Virus record (IMG/VR): IMGVR_UViG_3300044533_000356
Coordinates: 1 to 61,942 of that record
Reading direction: 5' to 3' (one strand)
Source: a virus
Taxonomy: Duplodnaviria > Caudoviricetes
Length of the DNA: 61,942 nt
Under the pieces are notes generated by a model. The model worked only from the letters and a program-made list of their open reading frames with translations, was not told where the DNA came from and did no database searches. Shown one piece after another: positions 11,501-20,236 of this stretch. Made by a program: the position numbers and the translations under genes. Every line of letters begins with the position of its first letter. The stretch's first letter is position 1.

Positions 11501-12332
11501 CTGGTTTGTGTATGTGCCCGGTATTGACGAGCCTGTGCGTGTACCAATCCCATTTGAAATGGGCTTCTTGTTCAAGGCGTTGCCTGAAGCCGTGTACGCC
11601 ATGGCCATGCAAGACAACAAAACTGACGCTGCGCTGAGTGGGCTGTCCAAGCTGGCTATGCAGACTGTTCCATTGAGCCTGCCGCAAGCAGTCAAGCCGC
11701 TGACAGAAGCTGTGTTGGGCAAATCGTTCTACAGCGGTGACATTGAGTCCGTCCGCGAGAAAGACGTGCTGGCAACGCAGCGTTACCGCGACACCTCTAC
11801 AGAGCTGGCCAAAACAATTGGCGCTGTGACAGGTAATGTTGGTCTCAGCCCGATCATGATTGACTATCTGATTCGCGGATACACCGGCGGTCTGGGTATT
11901 GCATTGGTGCAGTTGGCCAACCCGATACTGGCTCCCGGCGACAAAGCCGAGGTTGCACAGCCTACGACGAAGATCAGCAAGCAGCCGTTCATCGGCGGTT
12001 TGTTCCAGCCAGTTGAAGGCCGGGGTACGCTGGACGAAGCCTACGACCGCATGAAAGAGATTCAGCAAGTCAAGGGCACGTTCAACGACATGGTTGAGAA
12101 AGGCAAGCGGGCCGAAGCGATGGCGTTTGCACAAGAGTATTCGGATAAGCTGGCAGCAGCGTCCGTCTCAGGCAGTGTGCAAAAACGTCTGGGAGAATTG
12201 GCCAAGCTGGAGCGCCAGATCAAGAGCAGCCCGAACCTGACCACCGAGCAGAAGGATGTGCGGCTGGCACAACTCGACAAACTCAAGACGGCAACAGCAA
12301 CGCAGTTCCTTGCAACAACCGCTCAGCGATAA
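5571..12332 (+). CDS. Giant internal virion protein (polyvalent-protein type) with zincin-like HExxGH motif and C-terminal LPD38-like domain
   Basis: ~2250 aa; AHELIGHYG; C-terminal NWFVYVPG...VRVPIPFEMG and NFSRRG motifs resemble large ejected phage proteins; last gene of the late arm. Confidence 0.7.
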   Translation: MAKYLTLPDGSSFEMKEGQSPTEAMQVAIQMYPDAFGFGAKEPSQDTKGFKAAAAAGFERLKGETALTAGKLGLMDVAEAEKYQKEKEAAAQKRFTPTEEGWTEAPFQKFKETLGGSVPYMLAPVAAGATALALPAAAPAVAIGAGLAGLASAGQFTGTNLARQMETGKTLEQTDLGKAVGAAIPQAAIDTAAMALLPGVGKLFGSVGSKLTTEQAKAIASQTLGKAAMDYTAKTGMAMGREGLTEVAQQSLERLQAGLEIADPEARKEYIDSFIGGAALAGAGAPIGRAFERSGAKKQAAQAEQDEQAKAAAAAEEAKNSPDALRQLDTEFRTADQQLKALNAQLTESKPKKGATDEEKQAYDALKAQRDELLTTYKPLRQEFMQRKSAIDDMQTAEQSAIEVAAAQGQAAAKLPLPSDIPDAQPFQLSDTSRLMNDYDTMRGQVATLEQQLAAGPDLDTQTQLTQQRGQLMARMEEMAPVIEERGGVTDTEPEFAKKMAAAEKERLRLLEIGDFDAAAQQAEKVRDLQTRAPFLQELNDFRTKAGQNRELFAEAPAPAETKTDAQLKQQTLQEEQQRALYGPESKKASAEQAFGEAETGPRGQLELATPMPEPTAQTGIKPKQLALVEETNEKVAAAQIALTDAAKTKDTQAIYAAADALNQAQGEGSRAQDEVGRGLFRPVVLDLFSPSNIMNTAIQNGDTKLINDIATHADTTALRAALNQNLSEREKLVNVLENRAGVGGDEKAIDPRTGKPGERLKSVKRERADLFSKLYDNEERAKFTNGTNLEVIKKPRTELVQEFQRDKKGEVVLGEDGKPVVVKQYEKPVLDKNGRPVVDTVRLQDIYDQGGPAAVEYERVMQDVEDLSKKVTTKQGNAKKSLYEQLIDLAAQHSALVAQLESGVATPNLREKTAALQAKVGKGEAPAARQMDAKEKFDLQRRIDTLVNKYRLTEGQIAPIREQITKLYNSLYKTTPLEKTSTIAERRARESDEAAKGPKAKSRTAATATRIAKGDVRKEAETSQKMRDLARDLGTAEAEYKKFEKAQTDRYTKLKEKYGRFDPAVAEFQRGMAEQLTDKAIELGKTTPEYKATLKEQIEYVKGALAQSKQTIPNKRTGPVTRTQSAAPKRLVSSSPESRAQTDIEDRAVRLRRGSLKDMQEGIDSEKYGTAYRLKESESDVTVDAAEAQKVIDGLNLPKNVKFVYAPTARQVPVKLLNTLAKDKVDVGDVRGAVFPDGTVLVIGENHDSVAAVEETIAHELIGHYGVDTLIGMERLNEFAKNTDVIGLAEKLGGKALVSEIMHTVRANADLGRSEEVQKLQALREIIAHTEEAKITASFRDKAAQWLKELVGMVRAGLREKGLMNLAQLSTSDVFYILKKSRKAFENKTIGAYRDGAGKTAFRLRKQESEYGVGRPAGVMDTLVGNMLGVAGRVQFIDQYAALETATKKGLSAGVISSLEATNANYLLRFGQQRSQFAGQFLTNGPVKAEITRKDGGTETLYRSTKGTSMVDVAKKLNEAKLGNDTEQEDMFTLYLAGERAKQVGWDKLNYENPADAKAKYTKMLARLSTSEKAETAFKEAAKLYQQYNAGLLDFLAQTGALSDKKVAELKAISYVPFYRINGNGEVQLMVDKERPVRIANIKDQPQLKELVGGNTEIMPIFTSAAQNTFMITGMGLRNQAVKETSFMLQKLGIASRVSSGNGPTGANVVRFFKKGEPYYALIDTDAYGVPAELIVRGMEGIKTTLPAVIKLMGIPANILRSFVVRNPAYAVRQIIRDPLNAWMTTGTDAVPVLSSMKELAKMVAGRSDAERKLMETGAISSNVYSGDDQDMAKFLKDMSAGKSGWDKATAMLDTFALQGDAATRAVIYKDSLAKGMSEQEALLRTLESMNFSRRGVSPSMQALSTLIPFFNAQVQGLDVIYRAMKGDMPYSQQLDIRGKMVRRGLMLAAGTIAYAAMMEDDEAYKRAKPEERLANWFVYVPGIDEPVRVPIPFEMGFLFKALPEAVYAMAMQDNKTDAALSGLSKLAMQTVPLSLPQAVKPLTEAVLGKSFYSGDIESVREKDVLATQRYRDTSTELAKTIGAVTGNVGLSPIMIDYLIRGYTGGLGIALVQLANPILAPGDKAEVAQPTTKISKQPFIGGLFQPVEGRGTLDEAYDRMKEIQQVKGTFNDMVEKGKRAEAMAFAQEYSDKLAAASVSGSVQKRLGELAKLERQIKSSPNLTTEQKDVRLAQLDKLKTATATQFLATTAQR

Positions 12333-12514
12333 AACCACACCCCGCTAAGTCCCTTGTGGACGGCGGGGTAGGCCTTGGCGTCAAAGATGCGGCAGTGCAG
12401 CGCCTCACTGAGGCCTGCCTTGCGCACTTGCTCGGTGTTGAGGCAGGGAATGAAAAACCCCTGCCCCCGTTCAATTCGCGGCCATGGGAATGCTCTGGAG
12501 TACCGAGTCATCAA
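12323..12514 (-). CDS. Small hypothetical protein (possible DNA-binding)
   Basis: FPWPRIERGQGFFIPC motif; last gene of the minus arm, its stop overlaps the convergent giant gene. Confidence 0.6.
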   Translation of the reverse strand: MMTRYSRAFPWPRIERGQGFFIPCLNTEQVRKAGLSEALHCRIFDAKAYPAVHKGLSGVWFYR

Positions 12515-15446
12515 GTGTGCTCATGTTCGCGCTCAGGCGCAGTGTGGATACGCGCATCGGCGGACCGTCCGTCTTGGCCATCATGTCTTTCTTGGGGACC
12601 TGAAGCACGATGAACGACTGGGCAATATCCTGCTTGAACGTGGAGTAGCTGAAACTCATGTTGGAGCAGAACGCACGTAGCAATCGCTCCTCGATGTAGT
12701 AGTCGATGTAGCCCGGATTGACGCCATGCTCGACCCGGCCCATGATCTCTTGCCGTGTGGTGGTCTTGCCCACACTGGTGCCGTCCCCAAACATAGCCGC
12801 AGGCCCCGCCTTCTCGCCGTACTTGACGATGACAAACTTGCCTTGGAACTCTTGGGTGTAGGCGTTGAGCACATCTTCTGCCGTGCGCTTGCCGCCCTTG
12901 ATGGCCTGACGCTGGTGGTCGATCTGGCGGCGGTACGACTCGATGATCTCTTGCAAGGGGATGTTGACGATGCCCGTGTGCTTGTCACTCAGAAGCAGAC
13001 CTGCCGCCACGATTGCGCCCACACCTGCCATCCAGTACCGCTCGTCGTTGGGGGCTTTGTACTCGGTGTACATCCGGCGTACGCACTCAGGCACCAGTTC
13101 CCGCAGCATGCTTGCGTTGTCCACCAGATACTGCGACAAGATTTCGCCTGCTACGCCAAAGTTAAACGGCAGCGTCTTGATGATCTCGATCTCATCTTGC
13201 GTCCATTCCAGCTTCACGTCCATGTTGAACTCAATCATGCGGCGCAGCTCACCTTCGGAGGAGTGCTTGCGCTCACCTGTCATGTAGTCAACGGCCGGGC
13301 GGTTGGAAGACATCAGCGCCAGTGTGGCCCATGTGGACAGGTTCAGTCGTTCCTTGTTGGTGCCCGACTCCATGCGTTCTTTGCCGCGCCCTTCGCTCAT
13401 GCTGAACAAGAAGGCAGGGAACCACTCAAAGTCCTTGCGGTTGTTGGTTGTGATCTCGTCCGTAATCAGCGGCAAGCTGCGCAGGTGGCCAAGGCGTTGC
13501 TGCATGGCAACAGGCGATGTGCCCGAGCCTGTGCGGTAGTGGATCGGATGGCCCCAGATGGACGCTGCTGCGTCGAGCGACAGCGACTTGCCTGTACCTG
13601 ACTCAGTGGACGCTACGTGCACTGTCATGCCCAGCAGGCCAGTGAACTTCATCAAGGGGGCGGCAGCACCCGCCAACACCACGGCCAACTGATCCCACAT
13701 CTTGCGCCGCACCATCATGTTGATGACGGTCCTCCACGCATCCAGCGTGCCAGTGGGCTTGGTGCTGCTCACGATGTTTTGCAGCTCGGACAGCGGGACC
13801 AGCACGGGCGGTTTGTTTGCGCTGTACACACGGCTTGCAAACACAAACGTGCCGTCATCTTGCCAGCCATAGCTTGGCGGCATGTTGATAGGGGACTTCT
13901 CTACGCTGATTTTCTCAACGCTGGCGCGGATGTAGTCGTAGAAATTTTTGTCATTGCCGGAACCAAACGCCGCCATGACGTTCTGGTTGGCCAAGTGCTT
14001 GATCGTCTCATCCTTGCTGGCCAAACATTTCTGTGGCACCAGCACCTCGTGCAACTGCTTATTCTTGATGACGCAAAAGTGCACCTCGTGGCTGCCGTTG
14101 TTGTTCAGTACGTCCACCGGAAAGATGGTGTTGGAGCACAGCAACAGTTGCTTCGTCACCTTGTGGCCGTCAGCGTCTTCCTCGGTACGCTCTAAAAAGA
14201 CACCGCCCCTTGCACCAAAGGCGTAGCCCCGTGGTGGCTCTGGCTGGGCGATGCGTACCGTGTCGGCCTCCGTATCGTCATCGGACGCTGCACTGCTTTC
14301 GACCTCGACCGTAGTCTTGGCGGTGGTCAGCGCCATCTCCCGGCCCCACAGCAGGGGGTTGGTGATCTTGCCCCAGTGCGAACACTTGCGGCACACGCCG
14401 GGGTTCATGTCGTCCATGGCAGCGCATGAGTACGGGCCCTTGATCTCGGCCAGTTTCTGGTGCATGCGCTCGTGTGGGTAGGGGTGCAGGTCACTGAGCC
14501 ACGTAGCAGCCTTCGCGCCATCTGCGCAGACCTTGGCCCAACTGAGCATCCCGCGCCAGATCGGCTCCATGCCATCGTCTGATGCGTTCTCCACGTAGTG
14601 CTGAAGCTGAGCGCAGCCAGTGCCGTGCTTGGTCTTGACCAGAATTTTTTTGAACAACGTCACGCTGTTTTGTGCAAGCGCCGTCAACGTGGACGGTGCA
14701 CTGACACCCGTTGGCCTTTGCCCCGGCAGCGCCAGCGTGGAGCTGGTGGGCTTCTTCACGAAGTCTGGCCCAAACCCCTCGGCCGTCAGGATGGCCTCGA
14801 TGTCAGCCACCTCAAACCTGCCGCCGTCAGCAATGCTGCGCACACGGGTAGCTGCGCGTACGGCCTTGCCGTTCTTCACGCCCGTGTTGGTGCTGTCAGG
14901 TACGCGCAAGACTCTGGAAGCATCGCCTGTGACAGCGGTGTCGATGGCCAGCCCGTGCTTGATGCACAGCTCTTTGAAGCGCTTGGCCAGCGGATACCAG
15001 TCGTCTTTGAACAGCAGCTCGTCCAAAGGCCAGTAGGCGTGGATGCCGCCACCAGAATGCACCAACCATGGGTCGCCCAGCGCAGCTAAGCCCGTGTCCT
15101 CACAGAACTTCTGCAAGGCCTGCGCCGCAGCTTTGGCGCTCGGATATGCCTTGGGCTTGACCACGCCCTCTTCGTTGGGTATGTCCTTGGGGTGGTTGCA
15201 GTCAAGGTCCACGGCCAGCACTTGGCTGGCGTGCATGTTCTCCTTGGTGCGGTCCTTGTCCGTGCCGAACGTCCCCAACGCGAAGTAGGTATCCAGCCCC
15301 GCCTTCGCCCACTTCTCCACCGTGGGCATGAGTTCCTCAATTGTTTGTCCGTAGACGTGTTGTTTTTTCTTTGTAAGCTCTACCGCGCAGTAATAGCCAT
15401 TTCCCGGAGACGGCAAAACCGCCGCCATCAGATCGAGCGGAGTCAT
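12471..15446 (-). CDS. Primase-helicase (RepB-like primase N-terminus + DUF927/P-loop NTPase)
   Basis: AVDLD and HSGGGIHAYW primase motifs; Cys cluster CAAMDDMNPGVCRKC; Walker A ESGTGKS; LITDE Walker B. Confidence 0.85.
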   Translation of the reverse strand: MTPLDLMAAVLPSPGNGYYCAVELTKKKQHVYGQTIEELMPTVEKWAKAGLDTYFALGTFGTDKDRTKENMHASQVLAVDLDCNHPKDIPNEEGVVKPKAYPSAKAAAQALQKFCEDTGLAALGDPWLVHSGGGIHAYWPLDELLFKDDWYPLAKRFKELCIKHGLAIDTAVTGDASRVLRVPDSTNTGVKNGKAVRAATRVRSIADGGRFEVADIEAILTAEGFGPDFVKKPTSSTLALPGQRPTGVSAPSTLTALAQNSVTLFKKILVKTKHGTGCAQLQHYVENASDDGMEPIWRGMLSWAKVCADGAKAATWLSDLHPYPHERMHQKLAEIKGPYSCAAMDDMNPGVCRKCSHWGKITNPLLWGREMALTTAKTTVEVESSAASDDDTEADTVRIAQPEPPRGYAFGARGGVFLERTEEDADGHKVTKQLLLCSNTIFPVDVLNNNGSHEVHFCVIKNKQLHEVLVPQKCLASKDETIKHLANQNVMAAFGSGNDKNFYDYIRASVEKISVEKSPINMPPSYGWQDDGTFVFASRVYSANKPPVLVPLSELQNIVSSTKPTGTLDAWRTVINMMVRRKMWDQLAVVLAGAAAPLMKFTGLLGMTVHVASTESGTGKSLSLDAAASIWGHPIHYRTGSGTSPVAMQQRLGHLRSLPLITDEITTNNRKDFEWFPAFLFSMSEGRGKERMESGTNKERLNLSTWATLALMSSNRPAVDYMTGERKHSSEGELRRMIEFNMDVKLEWTQDEIEIIKTLPFNFGVAGEILSQYLVDNASMLRELVPECVRRMYTEYKAPNDERYWMAGVGAIVAAGLLLSDKHTGIVNIPLQEIIESYRRQIDHQRQAIKGGKRTAEDVLNAYTQEFQGKFVIVKYGEKAGPAAMFGDGTSVGKTTTRQEIMGRVEHGVNPGYIDYYIEERLLRAFCSNMSFSYSTFKQDIAQSFIVLQVPKKDMMAKTDGPPMRVSTLRLSANMSTLDDSVLQSIPMAAN

Positions 15447-15465
15447 GGATGTCCTTGGGGATGGG

Positions 15466-15642
15466 TTACAGGGGTAGCTCTAACTGGCGTGGGTCTTTGG
15501 TGGGGAACCCTTCAAAATGCACCAGTGCACTAAACCGCTCGTACAGCTCTTTCACGACTTCGGCAGGCACGTTGTAGTTGGCCATGTAGATGTGCGTCAG
15601 CAGTTCTTCGTTGCTCAGGGTTTCAGGTTGTACTCGTGACAT
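15466..15642 (-). CDS. Hypothetical protein
   Basis: Compact ORF in operon, C-terminal QLELPL motif. Confidence 0.6.
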   Translation of the reverse strand: MSRVQPETLSNEELLTHIYMANYNVPAEVVKELYERFSALVHFEGFPTKDPRQLELPL

Positions 15643-15893
15643 ATACGTCTCCATGCCTCGTCAGCGTGCTGCGAGGACTGCATAATTGTTAAAAGGGTTT
15701 CCACGCGGTGGCGGTACGCGACAAAGACTTCTGATCCGTTGAACCAGTTGTAGACGGTCTGCCGTGTGACGCCGAGGGCGTAGGCAATTTTAGTGACGGG
15801 AAAATCCAAGTGGATAGCCCAACGCCCAAGCTGGTTGCCCAGAGACTTGGGAGTATTCATCACGTCGTCAATGATTTTCTGCGAGTAAGCCAT
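15615..15893 (-). CDS. XRE/Cro-like helix-turn-helix regulator
   Basis: VTKIAYALGVTRQTVYNWFNG HTH signature. Confidence 0.8.
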   Translation of the reverse strand: MAYSQKIIDDVMNTPKSLGNQLGRWAIHLDFPVTKIAYALGVTRQTVYNWFNGSEVFVAYRHRVETLLTIMQSSQHADEAWRRICHEYNLKP

Positions 15894-15894
15894 A

Positions 15895-16374
15895 TCACTT
15901 GGCCATGGCCTTCATCACTTTGTCCAACACGCCTGATGCTTCCAGCGCAGCCAAGCGCTCCAGACTTGTGACAAGCGACTCAGCCTGTTTGGCGGTCTCC
16001 GCAAAGTTTGTATTACCCGCTACCTTGTTGAACTTCTCAATAGCCAGCCCAAGTTTTTCTGCGCCATCACGCAGTTTGCCGTTGATGTCGCTCAATTGTT
16101 TGTGAGCCTCTTTGGCTTGCTCAACCATAGCGGTTGTGTTTTTGAGAAGCGCCTCCGTCATCTCCTTGGCGTCTTCTTTTGCTTGCGCTAGTGCTGTCAT
16201 GTACTTCCCCAGTGGTTCGCGTTGATTTAAGTAGATGCCGGTATCAGCGGCAAGTTCGTACAGGGTGTCCATCGAGTGCCACCCACCGGCAGCAGTCGTG
16301 GAACCGTGCTGCTTGATCTGACGCATAGCGCCAGCAGTCAGGCCTTTTGTGTTGGCTGGAAAGATGATTGCCAT
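15895..16374 (-). CDS. Hypothetical coiled-coil protein
   Basis: Helical Ala/Lys/Glu-rich C-terminal half; fits operon. Confidence 0.6.
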   Translation of the reverse strand: MAIIFPANTKGLTAGAMRQIKQHGSTTAAGGWHSMDTLYELAADTGIYLNQREPLGKYMTALAQAKEDAKEMTEALLKNTTAMVEQAKEAHKQLSDINGKLRDGAEKLGLAIEKFNKVAGNTNFAETAKQAESLVTSLERLAALEASGVLDKVMKAMAK

Positions 16375-16449
16375 GGTGTTTAGGTGGGGCACCGTTACTG
16401 CGACGCGCAGTTGCCTGCGCCGCTGGCCACGCCAGCGCCCCGATTCTTT

Positions 16450-17436
16450 TTACTCGTCGTCCCAATCGGACACGATGTCAGCCAGCTTGGACTTCTTGGC
16501 GGGCACGGCGGCAGCCTTGGCTGTCTCCTTGCGCACTTCGGGTTCGTCTTCAGCTTCTGCAACGGGCTCAGCTTTGGCTTTGGCCTTGGGCTTGGCCGCT
16601 TTGACTGCGGCCATCGCGGCAGTGTCGTCCTCGTCCATCATCTCGCCCATGGGCTTGGCAACGGGCTTGGGAGCAGCGCCGGGGATGGTCATCGGTGGGG
16701 CCTTCACGCCGTCAGCTTGAGCCACGGTGAGGGTCACAGCCTTCTTGGCATCGTCAGAGTCGCCTTGCGACACAGCGATCGGGTACTCGTCGTCTGTCAG
16801 CCAGCGCGTAGGCGCGAAGAACAGTTTGGGAGCCTCGGCCTTGGTGTCGAACTTCATGCGCGTGACGATCTGCTCGGGATTAACCGGAGGTGTCTGCGCT
16901 GCCAAGAAGCGGGCGTAGGCTTGCAGGGGACGCTTGTCGCCATCTTCCTTGCCGAAGATGCTGGTAGCGGGGAGTGTCAGTTGCAGCACATCGCCTTCAG
17001 GGTTGTTGGCCAGCACAACAGCAAGGCGCTGTTGGAAGCGGCAGGCACGGCTGTTGCCGTTACCGGAACCGGCTTCGTTCTGTGGGCAACCCATGCAAGT
17101 AGCGCCTTGTGGGGCTGTGATGCTTGCATCAGGCTTCTCGCCGTCGTTGCTCCAGCAGTCAGGGCGCACGATCGCGTCAGCGTTGTAAGCGCCAGCGTAG
17201 AAGATGCGGCTGACCTTGGGGGCAGCGCGAACGATGATGATGTCAAGGTGACGGTCTTCGATGGCGGCGACTTCCTTGCCACCTGCCACCAGACGGAACA
17301 CGCCGCCTTTGATGGAGATGCGCTTGGTCGATACACCAGCACCGCCGCCCGTCAGGGCCTTGGCTGTGTCAGACAACTCGTTGTTACGAGCAAATGCGGG
17401 GACGTTGGACGAATTGAAAAGCGTAATGTTACTCAT
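16450..17436 (-). CDS. Putative single-stranded DNA-binding/annealing protein
   Basis: RISIKGGVFRL, CWSNDG and CxxCPQN motifs; acidic aromatic C-terminal tail (DWDDE); replication cluster. Confidence 0.6.
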   Translation of the reverse strand: MSNITLFNSSNVPAFARNNELSDTAKALTGGGAGVSTKRISIKGGVFRLVAGGKEVAAIEDRHLDIIIVRAAPKVSRIFYAGAYNADAIVRPDCWSNDGEKPDASITAPQGATCMGCPQNEAGSGNGNSRACRFQQRLAVVLANNPEGDVLQLTLPATSIFGKEDGDKRPLQAYARFLAAQTPPVNPEQIVTRMKFDTKAEAPKLFFAPTRWLTDDEYPIAVSQGDSDDAKKAVTLTVAQADGVKAPPMTIPGAAPKPVAKPMGEMMDEDDTAAMAAVKAAKPKAKAKAEPVAEAEDEPEVRKETAKAAAVPAKKSKLADIVSDWDDE

Positions 17437-17443
17437 GATTGCG

Positions 17444-17860
17444 TTACTTTCGGATGGGGGTTACACGAATGTCGAACCCAGTGACTGAGTTCAAACCCGG
17501 CGGCAGAACGCCGGGGTTTTCTTCCAAGAACTGCGCCATGTTGGATTGGGCGATGCGCTTTTCCAACAGGTCTACGACTTGATGCTCAAGCACGAATGCT
17601 TTGAACGAGTCCCAGTCCTGCGTGTTGTAGCGCGTCGATTTCATCAACGACACGGTTCCAGAGGAAGTCTTGACCGATGTCAGGCCGAGGGCCTTCATCT
17701 GGTCTTTGATGGCTAGGCGAATTGCTTCGCGCTGTTCTTCAAGGTCAGCCAGCGCTTTGTCGAGCTGGGCTTGCTTGGCCTTGATCTTGGCGTGGATGGC
17801 GACCAGCTTGTCGAGCGGAATTGCTTCGACTTCCGGTGCTTCTTCGATGTCTTCAGTCAT
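17444..17860 (-). CDS. Conserved phage protein (coiled coil + beta domain)
   Basis: DWDSFKAFV...LLEKRI...PPGL pattern; adjacent to putative SSB. Confidence 0.65.
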   Translation of the reverse strand: MTEDIEEAPEVEAIPLDKLVAIHAKIKAKQAQLDKALADLEEQREAIRLAIKDQMKALGLTSVKTSSGTVSLMKSTRYNTQDWDSFKAFVLEHQVVDLLEKRIAQSNMAQFLEENPGVLPPGLNSVTGFDIRVTPIRK

Positions 17861-17929
17861 TGCTTTCTCCTGTGTTTTTTGTCAAGCGTTATACAGTTTA
17901 CATGGCTTTTTTCTTGGCGCAACCCCCTT

Positions 17930-18418
17930 TCAAGAATTTATTTCAAAAAATTTTTTGCGGGCCTCTAGGTATGCCGCGTGTGCCAGTTCGGGCGTAGGGA
18001 AATACCCCAACGCTTTTATTTTTCCGTTGTGCCCAATGAACGCACGCCACTTCTGCGTGGCTTTTGAAAAGCCAACGCCCTTGAAACCCGAGCTGTTGCG
18101 TGTGTTTGTGCCGGTGTTCTCCATGTTTGTTTTTCGAGACACCAAACGAAGGTTGTCTATTTGGTTATTACCGCGCACACGATCTCGGTGGTCGATCTCT
18201 TGTGTGGGGAATTCACCGTGCTCGACAAGCCACACCAAACGGTGTTCTGCATAGAAGCGACCACTTACTTTTATTCGTCTGTAGCCGTTCCAGTTGGTGT
18301 TGCCCGCACGCATGCCTGCACGCGCACGCCCCTTGGTTTCGCGCCATGTGAAGAATCCTGTGCTGCGGTCATACGCCAACTTTGTTAGCAGGTACTCACG
18401 TGTAAGTTCTTCCGTCAC
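17930..18418 (-). CDS. HNH homing endonuclease with AP2-like DNA-binding domain
   Basis: HRLVW...IDHRDRVRGNNQIDNLR; NSSGFKGV...KWRAFI...LGYF. Confidence 0.9.
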   Translation of the reverse strand: MTEELTREYLLTKLAYDRSTGFFTWRETKGRARAGMRAGNTNWNGYRRIKVSGRFYAEHRLVWLVEHGEFPTQEIDHRDRVRGNNQIDNLRLVSRKTNMENTGTNTRNSSGFKGVGFSKATQKWRAFIGHNGKIKALGYFPTPELAHAAYLEARKKFFEINS

Positions 18419-19974
18419 GAGTTAATCTCCAAAGTGAACATCTCGGTCAACAAACTGCTATCGCTTACTTTCGCACCGAGGGCTTTGAACATCTTGGACT
18501 CCACGGGGGAGCTCTGGATGTGGATAACTGTCACTTTGTCGGAGTCCTGCCCCTTGCGATCGGCACGGGCAATACACTGGATGTACTGCTCAACGCTCAT
18601 CAACGGGCCGTAGAACACCACGGTGTCAGCGGCAGTCAGCGTGATGCCGTGCGCTGTGGCCTGTGGCTGCATCACCAGCACCCTTGGGGTAAGGTCGGTC
18701 TGGAAGCGGTGGATGATGTCGCCGCGCTTGTTCGCAGACACGCCGCCGTGGATGCACTCGTTGGTGATTCCCTTGGATGTCAGGTGCTTCTGGATGGTCT
18801 CGATGCTGGCGCGGAACAACGCGAAGATGATGACCTTGCGGGAGGTCTCTTCCAGAATTTCTTCCAGCACGCCAAGCCGTGGGCCCGCGTCAAACTCCAC
18901 CACCTCCTTGGTGTCCGTGAGCGCCGCGCCGCAACTGACTTGCAGCAACTTGCTCAGCATAGCAGCGGCATTGACCGCTGTGATGACCTCTCCTGCGGCT
19001 TGCACCAGCATCTGGTCCTTGAGCAGGTTGTAGTACTTGGCTTGCTGCGGAGTCAGCGGCACCTCACGGGTAAGCGTCATCACTGGCGGCAAGTCAAGGC
19101 ACTGGTCTTTGGAGTACCGGATCGCTGGCTGCAGCGCATTGAACACCCGGTCACGCGCATCAGGCTTGGGGGCCCACTTGTACAGCGTGATCTTGTTCAT
19201 CACCGAGTCACGCCATCCTGTGTAGAAAAGCGGCACGTTGTCGGGGTTGACCAGCTTGGCCAGCCCGTACGCATCAGCAGGTGACTGCGAGGCGGGTGTG
19301 CCCGTCATCATCCACAGGTGGGTCTTGGGCGTGAGGATCGACTTGAGCGTCTTCCAGCGCTTGGTGGTCACGGTCTTGTAGGCGTTGGCCTCATCGACAA
19401 TCACCAGATCAAAGCGGCCGTCGTTGATGACCTCATCGGCAATCAGGTTCAGCCCGTCATAGTTGCAGATCACGAACTCGTAGTCCTGCTGGATCATCTC
19501 GATGCGGCGTGATGACTTGGTGTGATGCGCCACGATGGCCGAGCGGTGGATGATGCTGTTGTTCAGATCACTGAGCCATGCTGAGTGCATGATCGACAGT
19601 GGGCACAGTATCAACACACGCCGCACAAAGCCCAGCTTCATCAAGTAGTCAGCGGCCCACAGCGCCGCAAGCGTCTTGCCTGTGCCGGGATCGTTGAAGC
19701 AGAACGCACGCTTGTGCATCGTCAGAAACGATGCGGTGTCCACTTGGTGGGCCATCGGCTTGTAACGCCCCGGCCAGTCATAGCGCCGAGTGATGGGCGA
19801 CTGAATGTCTTTCACGCCGAGGTTCTTCAGAACACGCGCTTCGTCCAAGCCCCAGTACACAGCAACATCGAAGCTGCCATCATCACGCTCGATGACTTTG
19901 TGCTTGGGGATGATGCGGTACTTGTCGGGATTGCGCGTTCTGAAGACAACGGCCTTGTTGTCGATGATGTCCAT
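18415..19974 (-). CDS. SNF2-family helicase
   Basis: DPGTGKT, IVDEA, MTGTP, HGITLTAA and QCIARADR motifs. Confidence 0.92.
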   Translation of the reverse strand: MDIIDNKAVVFRTRNPDKYRIIPKHKVIERDDGSFDVAVYWGLDEARVLKNLGVKDIQSPITRRYDWPGRYKPMAHQVDTASFLTMHKRAFCFNDPGTGKTLAALWAADYLMKLGFVRRVLILCPLSIMHSAWLSDLNNSIIHRSAIVAHHTKSSRRIEMIQQDYEFVICNYDGLNLIADEVINDGRFDLVIVDEANAYKTVTTKRWKTLKSILTPKTHLWMMTGTPASQSPADAYGLAKLVNPDNVPLFYTGWRDSVMNKITLYKWAPKPDARDRVFNALQPAIRYSKDQCLDLPPVMTLTREVPLTPQQAKYYNLLKDQMLVQAAGEVITAVNAAAMLSKLLQVSCGAALTDTKEVVEFDAGPRLGVLEEILEETSRKVIIFALFRASIETIQKHLTSKGITNECIHGGVSANKRGDIIHRFQTDLTPRVLVMQPQATAHGITLTAADTVVFYGPLMSVEQYIQCIARADRKGQDSDKVTVIHIQSSPVESKMFKALGAKVSDSSLLTEMFTLEINS

Positions 19975-19989
19975 TACTTCTCCGTGTAA

Positions 19990-20235
19990 TTATTTTGAAC
20001 TGGCGCGGTTCTTTGCAACACTGCGCATTCGCAAGTTGCCACGGGCGGATGTACCGCCACTCTTGAGCGGCTTGATGTGATCCACATCCTTGCCATCGCC
20101 TTTGCTGGCTGTGCCCTCGGCCTCCATGATGCGGCGGGCTTTCACTCGCGCACCTCGTTTGGCCACTTGGTCGGGCTTGCCGTGGAACTCGGCGTATTCT
20201 TTTTTGTAGTTCCGTTTGCTGGGGTCTTGTGCCAT
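19990..20235 (-). CDS. Small HNH-motif protein
   Basis: KGDGKDVDHIKPLKSGG...NLRMRSVAKNR; ATG at 20235. Confidence 0.75.
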   Translation of the reverse strand: MAQDPSKRNYKKEYAEFHGKPDQVAKRGARVKARRIMEAEGTASKGDGKDVDHIKPLKSGGTSARGNLRMRSVAKNRASSK

Positions 20236-20236
20236 A

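Noticed and set aside
9156-12134. Long minus-strand ORFs (9156-10157, 11103-12134), and similarly 12726-13601, 16384-17484 and 41955-42743
   Set aside because: Antisense shadows of strongly codon-biased genes, with no motifs
17930-18418. Group I intron-encoded endonuclease
   Set aside because: The flanking genes appear intact and the HNH is coupled to the helicase stop; no intron evidence
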